DNA of 64,000 nucleotides from Patescibacteria group bacterium (GCA_016861205.1 BOKX01000001.1:264539-328538); one strand, 5' to 3'. Shown: positions 38,738-49,593, numbered from the stretch's first letter. Numbers and translations: made by a program. The notes: generated from the letters alone by a model not told the origin.

Positions 38738-39139
38738 TTACTTGGCTTGTTGTAGGTATTGCTTGGCTCGGGCAATAGCCTCATCGATTCGGTCAGGCAG
38801 CATCCGGCCATTTTGAGGAATGAACGATTTAAAGTGGTGTGTATCCAGCTGAGGGTCATCAAAACCAATTGTGTTAAATACGTCATATACTTTTTTTGTT
38901 GCTACCACTACAGCCATTTGCGGGACAGTCTCTGCGACACTAATCAAGTAACGCAGCCAAAGCGTAGACAAGTGTCTATCGAGCTTCATGACTAGAAGTA
39001 CCCCTGCCATATCTTGTCGGTCAAGACTATTCATGACACGCATGAACTCCTCAGCAAACCCCGATGTACCATCACCAGTCACTGTGATGGTATGCAGGCC
39101 AGCTTCACTACTAATATCGATGGGTGATTGTTCCGTCAT
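38738..39139 (-). CDS. Hypothetical protein (possibly STAS-like)
   Basis: ORF only. Weak resemblance to anti-sigma-antagonist/STAS topology. Not supported by a clear motif. Confidence 0.35.
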   Translation of the reverse strand: MTEQSPIDISSEAGLHTITVTGDGTSGFAEEFMRVMNSLDRQDMAGVLLVMKLDRHLSTLWLRYLISVAETVPQMAVVVATKKVYDVFNTIGFDDPQLDTHHFKSFIPQNGRMLPDRIDEAIARAKQYLQQAK

Positions 39140-39199
39140 GCTCTGACTTTACTGTACAGCTTAGTAAGCTGTAAAGCTGTAGTTTGAGATGGATATAAC

Positions 39200-42100
39200 T
39201 TAGGCTAACAGTTCCTTAATCTTGGCTTCTAGCTGCTCACTCCAGGCCACACCATATGGCAACAACATACGCTGAGGCTCTCCACCGTTGGGAATTAGGA
39301 CCACCACACTCTCATCACCCGGATGGCCTTTCAGTAATGTTCCCAGCGCTTGCAAAGTTTCTTTGGTGGTTTTGCGAGGGATAAAAACCTGACGATGATG
39401 TGAAGCAGCTTCATGATCGAGCAGGCTTTCGTTCGGAGCACTCACCTTTTCGACCATCAGATTCAACTCTTCTTCTCGCAGATCTACTTTTGCTTTCAGC
39501 AACACAACGTTATCAACCCGCAGTAAGTTGTTAAACTCCTCATAAGCTTTCGGGAAAGCTACAAACTCGATGCTGCCACTCTCATCTTCTAGCGTGCCAA
39601 ACGCCATGTCAGCGTTACTCTTTTTGGTTTTGACGACGCGCAGCTTAGTAATCACTCCCCCAAAGGTAAAGATGTGATTGGCGTGTATCTCTTGATCGAG
39701 CTCGCCAATTTGTTTGCTAGCTTGGGCACTAACTGCTTGCAGGGCTTTGGCCATCGGGTGTTCGGTTAAGTACAAACCAAGCAACTCCTTCTCAAATGAC
39801 AACAGTTCTTGGCGTGGATACTCAGCCATCTGGGGAAAAGTATCCTGAATCTGCTTTGTCTCTGTGGCCACATCGGCAAACAAGTGATCTTGACCTTCTA
39901 CTGCCGAGGTAAATTGAGCGGCAGTCTGACGAATCGTGTCCAAGTTTTCAAGCATACTGGAGCGAGTCCCAAACTTATCCATACACCCGACTTTAATCAA
40001 GCATTCCAAAGTCTTTTTGTTGACTTTTCTACCATCTACTTCTTGGATAAACTGGGTGAGAGACGTGAACTCACCAATGCGAGCACGCGTCTCCAAAATA
40101 GTTTCAATAGCAGCGGTACCAACGTGTTTGATGGCCGAGAAACCAAACCGAATAGCTAACCCCTCCAGTGACTCAGGCCTTGCTTCAATCACAAAGTCGT
40201 CCGATGATTTATTAATGTCTGGTGGCAGAATGTGAATTCCCATTTTGCGACAGGTCTCGGTACCGACAGCAACTTTAATGTCGCGGTTCATGTTGTGTGA
40301 AGCTGACTCGACACTCAACAGCGCAGCCATGTACTCGACAGGGTAGTTTGCTTTGAGATAAGCGGTTTCGTAGGCGATCATCGCGTAACTAGCCGCATGC
40401 GCTTTGTTAAAGCCATAGTTTGCAAACGCCTCAATAAAGCCCCAGACTTTGGTAGCCACTTCCTCCGTGTAACCTTTGGCAATGGATTGTTCGGTAAACC
40501 GTTTTTTGTTTTCGTCGAGAAGCTTCTTTTTCTTTTTACCGATCGCCCGGCGCAAAATGTCAGCCTCACCCAAAGTGTAGCCAGCCATCACGTTCGCAAT
40601 TTGCAAAATCTGCTCCTGGTACACCATTACCCCATACGTCTCTTTTAAAACTGGCTCGAGTGAAGGATGTGGATAGACAATGCTTTCCGGATTATGTTTG
40701 CCTTCGATAAACTGCGGGATCAGATCCATAGGGCCCGGGCGGTAAAGCGCCACCATAGCAGTGATATCGGAAAACTGGTTGGGCCGAAGGGTGCGGGCGA
40801 CCCGTTTCATGCCAGAAGACTCGAGCTGGAACACGCCCATAGTTTCACCGTTTGATAGCAACTCAAACGTTTTTTCATCATCAAGTGGGAGTGTCTCCAG
40901 ATTAATGGTTTTGCCTTTATGAACTTTAATCAGCTCCACAGCTTTTTGCAAAATCGACAAGTTGCGCAAACCCAAAAAGTCGAACTTCAACAAACCGATT
41001 GCGTCGTCAGAAACATTACAGTCCAAGACGTACATGTCATATTGAGTAACTGTCTTCCCACTTTTACTGTCGCGCTGTATCGGGGTGTAAATTGGCAGTG
41101 GTTTGTCAGCGATCACTACTGCGGCGGCGTGAACTGAACTATGCCGGACCACACCCTCGACTTTTTTAGCTAAATCAATCAGTTTTTTATATTTCGGTTG
41201 TTTGTAGTACTCAGCTAGTTCTGGCACTGTGCTTAGTGCTGTGTCGAGTGATGTTTTGTGTCCAGGTACATTAGGAATCAACTTTGCAATTTTATCTGGG
41301 TCTTCATAGGGCAAGCCCAACACCCGGCCAATGTCACGAATGGCTACCCGAGCTTCCATCCGACCAAAAGTGATAACTTGCGCCACGTGGTCTTTGCCGT
41401 ACTTTTCAGCCACGTAGTTTAAAACTTCATCACGTCGATCATCAGCGAAGTCCATATCGATATCAGGTGGCGTCGGCCGTTGGGGATTAAGGAACCGCTC
41501 AAACGGTAACCCATGTTGGAGGGGATTGATGGTGGTAATGCCAAGTGAGTAAGAAACTAAGGAACCAGCGGCTGAGCCACGACCAGGCCCTACCCCAACA
41601 CCATGAGTCTTGGCCCAGTTCACAAAGTCTTGAGTAATTAAAAAGTAGGCTGCATAGCCTTTTTGTTTGATAACTCCCATCTCATACTCTAGCCGCTCGT
41701 TGAGCTGAGGGGTGATCTCTTTAAACCGTTTTTGGAGGCCCTCACGGGCTAGCTTTTCGAAGTAGGTTTCGACCGTTTCACCTTTGGGCAATGGGAACTT
41801 GGGAAAGATTAAGTTACCCGTCGGAATAACGATATTTGACCGCTCTGCAATTGCCAACGTGTTTTTAATTGCTTCAGGTGTTTCGCGGAACAAATCAGCC
41901 ATTTCTTGACTAGATCGCACATAGTAGTCAGGTGAGCTCATCATGCTCATCCGATTCTCATCGGCAATCTGGCGACGGGTTTGCACACACAAAAGTGCAT
42001 CCTGGGCAGTGGCATCATCTGGTCCTAAGTAGTGAACATCGTTCGTAGCTACCAGCGGCAAGTCAAATTCACGAGCTAGCTTAATCAGTTCAGCCGTTAA

Positions 42101-42661
42101 CTCAGTTAGTTCAGGTATGCCAGCGTGTGACTGAATCTCAATGTAAAAGCGATCTTTGAAAATTTCGGCGTACTTTTTAATCTTCGCAACTGCTGCCTCA
42201 CGTTTACCATTCAATAAACAACGGTTAATGTAACTAGCCATACACCCGCTGGTGGCCATCACACCTTGACTGTACTTGGCTAAAAGTTCGTCATCCACAC
42301 GAGGTTTGTAAGAAAATCCTTCGATATTTGCGAGGGATACCAACTGCATCAGGTTTTGGTAGCCTGCGTGATCTTCCGCTAACAAGGTCAAGTGATACTG
42401 GTCACTTCCCATCTTCAGCTGCTTATCAAGCCGGGACTTTTCAGCCACGTACATTTCAACTCCAATAATTGGTTTCAACTCGGCTTTTTTGCAGGCATTG
42501 TAAAAATGGACGGCCCCATACATCCCACCATGATCTGTGATCGCTACAGCTGTTTGGCCCAGTTCTTTGACTCGAGCAGTTAGCTGAGGAATCCGCGTCA
42601 AACCATCGAGCATTGAGTACTCAGTATGAACGTGGAGATGGACAAATTCAGGATTAGCCAT
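39200..42661 (-). CDS. dnaE: DNA polymerase III alpha subunit
   Basis: N-terminal PHP domain (HLHVHTEYSMLDG). Pol IIIalpha palm/fingers motifs, OB fold. 1153 aa. Confidence 0.95.
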   Translation of the reverse strand: MANPEFVHLHVHTEYSMLDGLTRIPQLTARVKELGQTAVAITDHGGMYGAVHFYNACKKAELKPIIGVEMYVAEKSRLDKQLKMGSDQYHLTLLAEDHAGYQNLMQLVSLANIEGFSYKPRVDDELLAKYSQGVMATSGCMASYINRCLLNGKREAAVAKIKKYAEIFKDRFYIEIQSHAGIPELTELTAELIKLAREFDLPLVATNDVHYLGPDDATAQDALLCVQTRRQIADENRMSMMSSPDYYVRSSQEMADLFRETPEAIKNTLAIAERSNIVIPTGNLIFPKFPLPKGETVETYFEKLAREGLQKRFKEITPQLNERLEYEMGVIKQKGYAAYFLITQDFVNWAKTHGVGVGPGRGSAAGSLVSYSLGITTINPLQHGLPFERFLNPQRPTPPDIDMDFADDRRDEVLNYVAEKYGKDHVAQVITFGRMEARVAIRDIGRVLGLPYEDPDKIAKLIPNVPGHKTSLDTALSTVPELAEYYKQPKYKKLIDLAKKVEGVVRHSSVHAAAVVIADKPLPIYTPIQRDSKSGKTVTQYDMYVLDCNVSDDAIGLLKFDFLGLRNLSILQKAVELIKVHKGKTINLETLPLDDEKTFELLSNGETMGVFQLESSGMKRVARTLRPNQFSDITAMVALYRPGPMDLIPQFIEGKHNPESIVYPHPSLEPVLKETYGVMVYQEQILQIANVMAGYTLGEADILRRAIGKKKKKLLDENKKRFTEQSIAKGYTEEVATKVWGFIEAFANYGFNKAHAASYAMIAYETAYLKANYPVEYMAALLSVESASHNMNRDIKVAVGTETCRKMGIHILPPDINKSSDDFVIEARPESLEGLAIRFGFSAIKHVGTAAIETILETRARIGEFTSLTQFIQEVDGRKVNKKTLECLIKVGCMDKFGTRSSMLENLDTIRQTAAQFTSAVEGQDHLFADVATETKQIQDTFPQMAEYPRQELLSFEKELLGLYLTEHPMAKALQAVSAQASKQIGELDQEIHANHIFTFGGVITKLRVVKTKKSNADMAFGTLEDESGSIEFVAFPKAYEEFNNLLRVDNVVLLKAKVDLREEELNLMVEKVSAPNESLLDHEAASHHRQVFIPRKTTKETLQALGTLLKGHPGDESVVVLIPNGGEPQRMLLPYGVAWSEQLEAKIKELLA

Positions 42662-42719
42662 AAGGGTAGTAAACCGGTTCGGGATTACTTAGTCAAGTAA
42701 CACCAGCAGAAATGCGTAT

Positions 42720-43217
42720 TTATGGTGACAAAAATGCCTGAACAAAGCCAAGAAAAACCTCGTTGGTTCTAGTGGCCACAGTCACAATGTCCGGCGTATC
42801 ATGTTGGTTCCGATACGCGTTGATGTCTCTGATTTTAGTATGGGAGGTTGTTCCGTTGGGTTTTAGTTCAACAACTTTCGCAGCCTGAGCGAGAGCAGCT
42901 ACGTTTAAACTGATTATCTCGTGGCTATTGCCTTCATATAACGCTGTGAAACCAAGCCCAGGCACTAACGATATAACTACCAGTCCTAAAATGTGTGGAT
43001 CCAGAAAGGCACCATCGAGTTCAGATATTTGTTTAAAGTATGCCTGCTGTTTTTCATCTGCTGACCAAGTGATGTCAGTTACACTCGAAAAACCATATAA
43101 CCTTGGGCTCAACAAAGCCCGTTTAATGTTGGTAAGGCTACTAACCAACTTGGGTGAAAGTAGTTTTTGATCAGTGATACCGAAGACGGTTTGCTGCTCT
43201 TGAATCGAGATAACCAT
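42720..43217 (-). CDS. Hypothetical protein
   Basis: ORF only. Confidence 0.4.
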   Translation of the reverse strand: MVISIQEQQTVFGITDQKLLSPKLVSSLTNIKRALLSPRLYGFSSVTDITWSADEKQQAYFKQISELDGAFLDPHILGLVVISLVPGLGFTALYEGNSHEIISLNVAALAQAAKVVELKPNGTTSHTKIRDINAYRNQHDTPDIVTVATRTNEVFLGFVQAFLSP

Positions 43218-43218
43218 A

Positions 43219-44556
43219 CTACAGTTGTCGCTCCAGTGCGCTACGGATCAGCTGTACATCAATCTTTTTGCCAAGTTTGCGCATAACCTGACCAACAAAA
43301 AAGTTCAAGAGCGTTACTTTACCAGATCGGTAGCTGGTAACCTCAGCTGGGAACTCAGCGATGACTTCTGAAACCAAACTTGTCAGCTCAGCTTCATCGA
43401 TAATTTCCACGCTGGTGGTAGCAGCAAAGGTGGCGACAACTTCAGCCGGTGCAGTAACACCCAGCTCGACCTTGAGCTTTTTATTGACGATAGCTGCTGC
43501 CAACTTAGAAACGTCAAGTTTGGCATCGACAGCTGCTGTCCAAACCGACTCAGCCCAAGCGGTTTGGGCCGGCGACTCAATTAGTAACTCGGCAAAGCGG
43601 GGCTCAACTGCGTAGGTTTTTTGCCACTTGGCAACTACTGTCTCAGGTAAAGCAGGCAACTGATTTTTGAGCTCAGCTACCCAGGCAGAAGTAAATCTCA
43701 TTGGTGGCAAATCTGGATCTGGGAAGTAGCGGTAATCTTCCGCATCTTCTTTCGTTCGCTGAGGGAAGGTGACATTGTCGTGACTATTCCAACCACGAGT
43801 TTCTTGTGCTGGAGTTTGGCCATCCATCAACACCAAAGCCTGGCGCTGCATCTCAAAGTTAACAGCCTGTTCCAAAAAGCGGAAGGAGTTAATATTTTTA
43901 ACCTCAACTTTATATGCTGGTAGTTCCTTGGCATCTGGTTTGGCCAATGAAATGTTAGCTTCGAGCCGCATCCCACCCTGTTCCATGTCACAGTCGGCAA
44001 TATCAAGATATCGCAGGATACTGCGTAACTTTTTACCATACTCTCGAGCCTGGGCGGGTGAGTGAATATCTGGTTCAGTCACAATTTCGATCAGCGGGAC
44101 TCCACAACGATTGAAGTCAACCAAACTTACTTTTTCACCATTCACAGTCGTGTGAAGGAGTTTTCCCGTGTCTTCCTCCAGATGAATGCGACGAATTCTG
44201 ACTTTGCCCTGACTAGTCTCAATGTACCCATTGAAACAGAACGGAATATCATACTGACTGATCTGATAGCCTTTAGCTAGGTCGGGGTAAAAGTAGTGTT
44301 TACGGTCAAACTTTGAAAACAAGTTAATTTCACAGTTCAGTGCTAAACCAAGTTTAATGGTCCACTCGATAGCTTTTTTATTGGCGACTGGTAAACCACC
44401 AGGCATACCCAAACAAACTGGACAGGTGTGACAGTTAGGCTCAGGGGCATGAAATGGGTCATTTTGGCAGGCACAGAACATCTTGGATGCCGTCTTGAGC
44501 TCCGCATGAACTTCCATGCCACAAATCAACTGGTAGTTTGATGAAGTGTCTGTCAT
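43219..44556 (-). CDS. gatB: Asp-tRNA(Asn)/Glu-tRNA(Gln) amidotransferase subunit B
   Basis: N-terminal GMEVHAELKT...CxxC...CPVCLGMPG motifs of GatB. Confidence 0.9.
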   Translation of the reverse strand: MTDTSSNYQLICGMEVHAELKTASKMFCACQNDPFHAPEPNCHTCPVCLGMPGGLPVANKKAIEWTIKLGLALNCEINLFSKFDRKHYFYPDLAKGYQISQYDIPFCFNGYIETSQGKVRIRRIHLEEDTGKLLHTTVNGEKVSLVDFNRCGVPLIEIVTEPDIHSPAQAREYGKKLRSILRYLDIADCDMEQGGMRLEANISLAKPDAKELPAYKVEVKNINSFRFLEQAVNFEMQRQALVLMDGQTPAQETRGWNSHDNVTFPQRTKEDAEDYRYFPDPDLPPMRFTSAWVAELKNQLPALPETVVAKWQKTYAVEPRFAELLIESPAQTAWAESVWTAAVDAKLDVSKLAAAIVNKKLKVELGVTAPAEVVATFAATTSVEIIDEAELTSLVSEVIAEFPAEVTSYRSGKVTLLNFFVGQVMRKLGKKIDVQLIRSALERQL

Positions 44557-45065
44557 GTAAAACTATACTTTGGAGCGTTGTCTACTCCGCTAATAACTAC
44601 CGCTGGCTTAGTTTTGTGATCGATAAAGAGTTGAATGTCTTTTTTAATGCCTTCAATCTCAACCAGCTCAATTGCTTCCAAGGGTGTAACCCAACGATAC
44701 TCTGAGTGCTCACTACTGAGCTGCACCATAGTTTCTGTGGTCCGACAGTGAAAGGTTAAGCCATACAGCTCATTTTCGGGCTTTTCTTCACCACGGAACA
44801 TGTGCCAAACTCGACCCAACCGCTCAATAGTGATGTCCGTTAAACCTGTTTCTTCCAAAACCTCTCTTTTCAAAGCCACATCAAGATCCTCAAACTGGTC
44901 TATCCGACCGTAGACAACTTCCCAAGTATCTTTGTGAAACTCATCTCTTCGTTTGGTAACTAAAATCTCGCCGGCTGGATTTTCAATAATAGCTCCAATA
45001 GCGATCATAAATCGGCCGATTTTGTTATCTGACACATGGGTCATGCCGACCTCCAAGTATTCCAA
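44553..45065 (-). CDS. NUDIX hydrolase
   Basis: Nudix box GRIDQFEDLDVALKREVLEETGL. Confidence 0.8.
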   Translation of the reverse strand: MEYLEVGMTHVSDNKIGRFMIAIGAIIENPAGEILVTKRRDEFHKDTWEVVYGRIDQFEDLDVALKREVLEETGLTDITIERLGRVWHMFRGEEKPENELYGLTFHCRTTETMVQLSSEHSEYRWVTPLEAIELVEIEGIKKDIQLFIDHKTKPAVVISGVDNAPKYSFT

Positions 45066-46420
45066 GTTGTAGCCCGCTCAAAGGCATCAGCCACTTGAAT
45101 CATTTTGGCTTCTTGCCACATGGGTGCCATGATGTTCATGCCCAAAAACAAGTTGGTTTTGGCATCGCGGTAACAAGGCACATTAATACCTGGCAAGCCA
45201 GTAATCGAGCTGGGTTCAAGTAGCATGTCTTCAAGCTCACCAAACATGGCTGAGTCCTCTGAAGCGCCAATTTTTTTGGCAAAACCAGGTGATGAGAGTG
45301 ACACTAAAACATCATACTTGGCAAAAAGCTGCTCGAAATCTTGCATAAACAAGGTTCGGACTTTCTGTGCCAAGTTGTAGTACTGGTCGGCGTAGCCTTT
45401 ACTCAACGTGTAGGTCCCGAGCATAATGCGTCGCTTGGCCTCATCACCAAAGAAAGATCGGTCGTTGGCGTATCGAATACCGTCATATCGAGCTAAGTTA
45501 CTACTTACTTCACCCCGCTGAACGATCGTGTAGACACTGATTGCTAGCCGTGGATCCATAGCTGTAACTGATTCAACCTCTGCTCCAAGGTCAGATAGCA
45601 CTTTCATAGCGGCTTCGAAGTGTGGTCGAGAAGCTTCTAGACCAGGAAGATCTAAGTACAGTACGCCGACTTTTAGTCCTTTAATTTCTTTACCTAATGT
45701 CTGAGTGAAATCAGGAACAGGCTGAGCTGAGGTGGTACCGTCCCGATCATCGTGACCTGCTAAGTGATTAAGTACTATGGCTGCGTCTTCCACAGTCTTA
45801 GCGATAGGACCTGGAGAATCCGTTGAAGAAGCCATGGCGACTGCCCCAAACCGACTGACCCGACCATAGGTGGGCTTGAGACCGACCGTACCACACCAAG
45901 CAGATGGCTGCCGAATTGAGCCAGCAGTTTCTGAGCCGATAGCAGCAATACACATATTCGCTGCAACCGCAGCGGCGCTTCCACCAGATGAACCACCGGG
46001 GAGATAATCAGTGTTACGTGGGTTGAGTGTGCGTCCGTACTGAGATGTTTCAGTTGATGATCCATGTGCCCAGGCGTCGAGGTTCGTTTTGCCAACAATT
46101 ACGCCGCCTGCTGCTTTTAAGCGAGCGGTCACAGTCGACTCAAACTCTGGCACAAATGTGTCGAGTACTGTCGACGAAGCGGTTGTTCGTAACCCTTTGG
46201 TAGCGAAGTTATCTTTGACAGCAATTGGCACGCCAGCTAAGGGCAACTGTGCTGCCGCCTGCCTCTCATTTTCTGCTGCTGTATTGAGCGTTAAATAAGC
46301 ATTCAGCTTGGTGTTTTGCTGATCTATGCTGCTCTGCACATCAGCCCAAATGTCACCCAAGGAAATTTCTTTACGTTTGAGTTTCTCGAGAGCCTGAGCT
46401 AGTGTTAGTGTGTGTAACAT
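45041..46420 (-). CDS. gatA: Glu-tRNA(Gln) amidotransferase subunit A (amidase)
   Basis: Amidase signature GGSSGGSAAAVAA and Ser-cisSer-Lys triad context. Confidence 0.9.
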   Translation of the reverse strand: MLHTLTLAQALEKLKRKEISLGDIWADVQSSIDQQNTKLNAYLTLNTAAENERQAAAQLPLAGVPIAVKDNFATKGLRTTASSTVLDTFVPEFESTVTARLKAAGGVIVGKTNLDAWAHGSSTETSQYGRTLNPRNTDYLPGGSSGGSAAAVAANMCIAAIGSETAGSIRQPSAWCGTVGLKPTYGRVSRFGAVAMASSTDSPGPIAKTVEDAAIVLNHLAGHDDRDGTTSAQPVPDFTQTLGKEIKGLKVGVLYLDLPGLEASRPHFEAAMKVLSDLGAEVESVTAMDPRLAISVYTIVQRGEVSSNLARYDGIRYANDRSFFGDEAKRRIMLGTYTLSKGYADQYYNLAQKVRTLFMQDFEQLFAKYDVLVSLSSPGFAKKIGASEDSAMFGELEDMLLEPSSITGLPGINVPCYRDAKTNLFLGMNIMAPMWQEAKMIQVADAFERATTWNTWRSA

Positions 46421-46421
46421 A

Positions 46422-46775
46422 TTAGTCGCCTTGGTCGATTATCTGTGGCACAACAAAATAACCTTCATGTTGACGTTTCGCATTGGCGACGGCTTGAGAT
46501 TGCGTGAACGACAGTTCTGGACGTACCACATCTTCTCGCCAGACGTTTTCCAAGCCAGTCACCTGATGAGTAGGTTCAACTGCACTGACATCAACTTGCT
46601 GCAAGTTGGTTACTACTCCCAACGTTTCAACAAAAGCATCTTTCAGAGACTCTAGCTGTGACTGGGCTACAGGAATGCTCGCTAACTTGGCCACTTTAGC
46701 CACCTGCTCAATCGTAATTGGCTGAGCTGCTTTTGAGGCTGGCGATGAAATCTGTCTTGACGCTTTTTTTGCCAT
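46422..46775 (-). CDS. gatC: Glu-tRNA(Gln) amidotransferase subunit C (with Ser/Ala-rich N-terminal extension)
   Basis: ITIEQVAKVAKLA...L pattern typical of GatC. Immediately upstream of gatA. Start taken at MAKKAS (46775). Confidence 0.65.
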   Translation of the reverse strand: MAKKASRQISSPASKAAQPITIEQVAKVAKLASIPVAQSQLESLKDAFVETLGVVTNLQQVDVSAVEPTHQVTGLENVWREDVVRPELSFTQSQAVANAKRQHEGYFVVPQIIDQGD

Positions 46776-46844
46776 ATGTTGCGGCTGTAAATATATCACA
46801 GTTCGTCGAGAATCGGGATGGGAATTTGGGTAAAAAGTGAGCAG

Positions 46845-47750
46845 TTACAATGAACGCAAAATGGTAATGCGCTCTGCCACCGGCGGATGGGTAGCAAACA
46901 GGCCGGCAAACCAGCCTACCGAGCCATGAATATTTCGAAGTGGATCGGCAAAATACAAATGTGCAGTCGCTTTGTTCGCAGCCTCGAGTGGTTCTTGGTC
47001 ATGACTTATTTTCTCCAGTGCTCTGGCCAAACCTTCAGGGTTTTTGGTCATACCAGCGCCAGTCGCATCTGCTAAAAACTCTCGCCGGCGTGAGATCGCC
47101 AGCTTAATGAGCTCGGCAGCAATCGGTGCCAACAGCGCCAGAACCAAACCAGCCACAAACAAGGCCACTTGCAACTGACCACCTTCTCTATCATTTCGTT
47201 TGCGGGTGCCACCCCAACTGGTCATCCGCAAAAACCAGTCCGAAAGCAAGGCTACCAAGCCAACCAACACCGTCACAATCGACATGAGTCGAATATCATA
47301 GTTCTGAACATGAGATAGCTCATGGGCAACCACTCCTTCAACTTCGCTGCGGTTTAATCGGCTGAGCAAACCAGTTGTGGCACACACGACCGCATGTTGT
47401 GGGTCCCGGCCAGTGGCAAAAGCATTCATGGCAGTGTCATCGATTACGTACAACCGAGGCGTAGGTAGTCGTTGCCCAAGGCACAAGTTCTCAGTCACCG
47501 TATAAAAATCAAAGAACTCTTCACGAGTGGCTTCTCTAGCTCCAGACAATGTCAAAATGATTTTGTCTGACCACCAATAGGAAGCAAACGACATCAGGCC
47601 CGAAATAATCAGGGCAATGCCAACCACGTCCAGGCCGTAACCCAAGCCGCGGGCCATTACATATGCAGCTCCAGTGATAAAGGTGATAAACAAAACAATG
47701 ATCAGACCGGAGCGGCGTTTATTGCTCGCAATAACGTCGTAGTGCGTCAT
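46845..47750 (-). CDS. htpX: Zinc metalloprotease HtpX (M48)
   Basis: HELSHV HExxH motif. Four TM segments. 301 aa. Confidence 0.88.
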   Translation of the reverse strand: MTHYDVIASNKRRSGLIIVLFITFITGAAYVMARGLGYGLDVVGIALIISGLMSFASYWWSDKIILTLSGAREATREEFFDFYTVTENLCLGQRLPTPRLYVIDDTAMNAFATGRDPQHAVVCATTGLLSRLNRSEVEGVVAHELSHVQNYDIRLMSIVTVLVGLVALLSDWFLRMTSWGGTRKRNDREGGQLQVALFVAGLVLALLAPIAAELIKLAISRRREFLADATGAGMTKNPEGLARALEKISHDQEPLEAANKATAHLYFADPLRNIHGSVGWFAGLFATHPPVAERITILRSL

Positions 47751-48355
47751 AGAGACACTTTGTGATCGTGCATTTCGGTCTCACTGACACTCAAGTGAGC
47801 ACCAGAAGTTGGGGTTTCCAGACCCTTTTCAGGTTTGAAACCAAACATACCAGCGATGATGTTGGATGGGAACGTGACCAATTGCTCATTGAAGCGAGCA
47901 GTTAAGTCAATCACGCTGCGTCGAGCATATGACAACTTGTCTGCGGTGTCTGTGAGTTCGTTCATAAACTTGGTGACGGTTTGATCGCCCTTCAGCTCAG
48001 GATTATCCTCCACAGCCACGCTCAACTTGGGAACCACGGCTTGCATCTTGGCGATCGCATCATCTAAATCCTTAATGGAGCCTGAACTTTGAGCTTTGAC
48101 GGCACTGGTTCGTGCATCAGTCAGCATTTGGAAAATACCCTTTTCGTGCTTGAGGTACCCTTTGACAGCTGACTCCAAGTTTGGGATCAAAGATGCTTGG
48201 CGCTTAAGCTGATTGCCAATCTCTTGGATGCTGGCGGTAATTTGCGTTTTCAAGCGTTGGAGTGAGTTATAGACGCCCATGGCATAGAGAGCGATAGCAA
48301 TCACGACTGCTCCGATAATATAAAGTGGCAACATAGAAACTCCTTTTACGATCAA
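47747..48355 (-). CDS. lemA: LemA-family membrane protein
   Basis: N-terminal TM then YNSLQRLK...LemA pattern. Overlaps htpX start by 4 nt (the common lemA-htpX pair). Confidence 0.78.
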   Translation of the reverse strand: MIVKGVSMLPLYIIGAVVIAIALYAMGVYNSLQRLKTQITASIQEIGNQLKRQASLIPNLESAVKGYLKHEKGIFQMLTDARTSAVKAQSSGSIKDLDDAIAKMQAVVPKLSVAVEDNPELKGDQTVTKFMNELTDTADKLSYARRSVIDLTARFNEQLVTFPSNIIAGMFGFKPEKGLETPTSGAHLSVSETEMHDHKVSL

Positions 48356-48418
48356 TGTTCACAGCTCACGCTGGAATAAACTAAGTATAGCACTTTCAGT
48401 CCATTTTTTTATGAATTG

Positions 48419-49453
48419 TTACAGCTTAGCTTTGGTGATTTCATCGCGGCCAACTCGATCTTCTGGCTTGATCCAGTTCAGACCGAGGGCCAGATAGAAG
48501 CTCTCCTCGTCAGGATACTTTTCTTGGTGCGTGGCACCCTCTTTATCTGTAACCTTGATCCCATGCTCCGAGAGTGACTTGCCCTGCTTGAGAGCAAACT
48601 CACGCAGTCGGATGTTATGTTCTTTCGAACCGGTGAAGTGTTGCAAGAAAGCGCCCCACTCCTCTGGAGTTGCGACCTTAATATCCACCTGATGATTATC
48701 ATGCAACATGACTCTGATCATCTGGTCCCCTGCCACCAACACTTTTTTGACGTGGGGCAGTTGTTTAATGTAGTTTTTGACAATCTCAATATCTGAAACT
48801 GCGATGCCGAGATCGATATCACCGACTGTCTCGAGCTGACGACGCAGACTACCCAATGCCTCAGCCCGAGTCACCGCAGGACATTGACGCAACTCAGCTA
48901 GCAGTTCAGTGGCCACCGCCATGGCTTCGACCAAAGGCAAGCGTTTCTTGTCAATTCGAAACTTCAAGGCTTCAATAATATCGGCTTCGCTTTTCTCACC
49001 AAAACCTTCGATATCGCGAATTTTGCCAGCTTTCGCCACTTCGAGTAAATCTGCCAACGCCGTGTCAGCCTTATCAAGGTGAAATAAAGTAGCAAGCTTG
49101 TAAGCTTTTTTGACACCCAGACCAGGTACTTTGTCGAGGACATAGGTACCGGCGGGAATGTCACTGACGTATTCTTGAAAGGCTTTGATGTTGCCTGTGG
49201 TAAAGAGCTCAGTTAATTTGGTCTGCAAGGTATCACCGATGCCGGGAATCTTGTCAAAGTCAGGATCGGTCAAAAACATTTCGTGCAGTTGGCGATCATA
49301 CTGCTCGATGACGGCCGCCGCATTTTGGTAGGCACGAACTCGAAATGGATTTGCCTTTCGCAAGGCTAGCACCCCGGAAATGAAGTTCAGCACCTCTGAT
49401 AACTCTTGATTGGACATTTTTTTATGAAGGGCTAACTGCATATCTTCCATCAT
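48419..49453 (-). CDS. polX: Family-X DNA polymerase (Pol beta-like), polymerase core only with no PHP domain
   Basis: 8-kDa and HhH N-terminus (MQLALHKKMSNQELSEVLNFISGVLALRKANPFRVRAYQNAA) and the GIGDTLQTKL HhH. Nucleotidyltransferase motif GSLRRQLETVGDIDL. The first ~100 aa of the track ORF (to 49750) look like a spurious extension. Confidence 0.72.
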   Translation of the reverse strand: MMEDMQLALHKKMSNQELSEVLNFISGVLALRKANPFRVRAYQNAAAVIEQYDRQLHEMFLTDPDFDKIPGIGDTLQTKLTELFTTGNIKAFQEYVSDIPAGTYVLDKVPGLGVKKAYKLATLFHLDKADTALADLLEVAKAGKIRDIEGFGEKSEADIIEALKFRIDKKRLPLVEAMAVATELLAELRQCPAVTRAEALGSLRRQLETVGDIDLGIAVSDIEIVKNYIKQLPHVKKVLVAGDQMIRVMLHDNHQVDIKVATPEEWGAFLQHFTGSKEHNIRLREFALKQGKSLSEHGIKVTDKEGATHQEKYPDEESFYLALGLNWIKPEDRVGRDEITKAKL

Positions 49454-49593
49454 ATCACCTTGGACCTTGTAACTTGAGGCAACGGGGCGGATAATGCGCG
49501 TAATGCTACACCACAGCTCCATCAGTTTCTTTTTTACCCACCAACTGATGGAGGGTAGTTTGTAGCGTCTCAATATTTTTTTTACAACCACAG

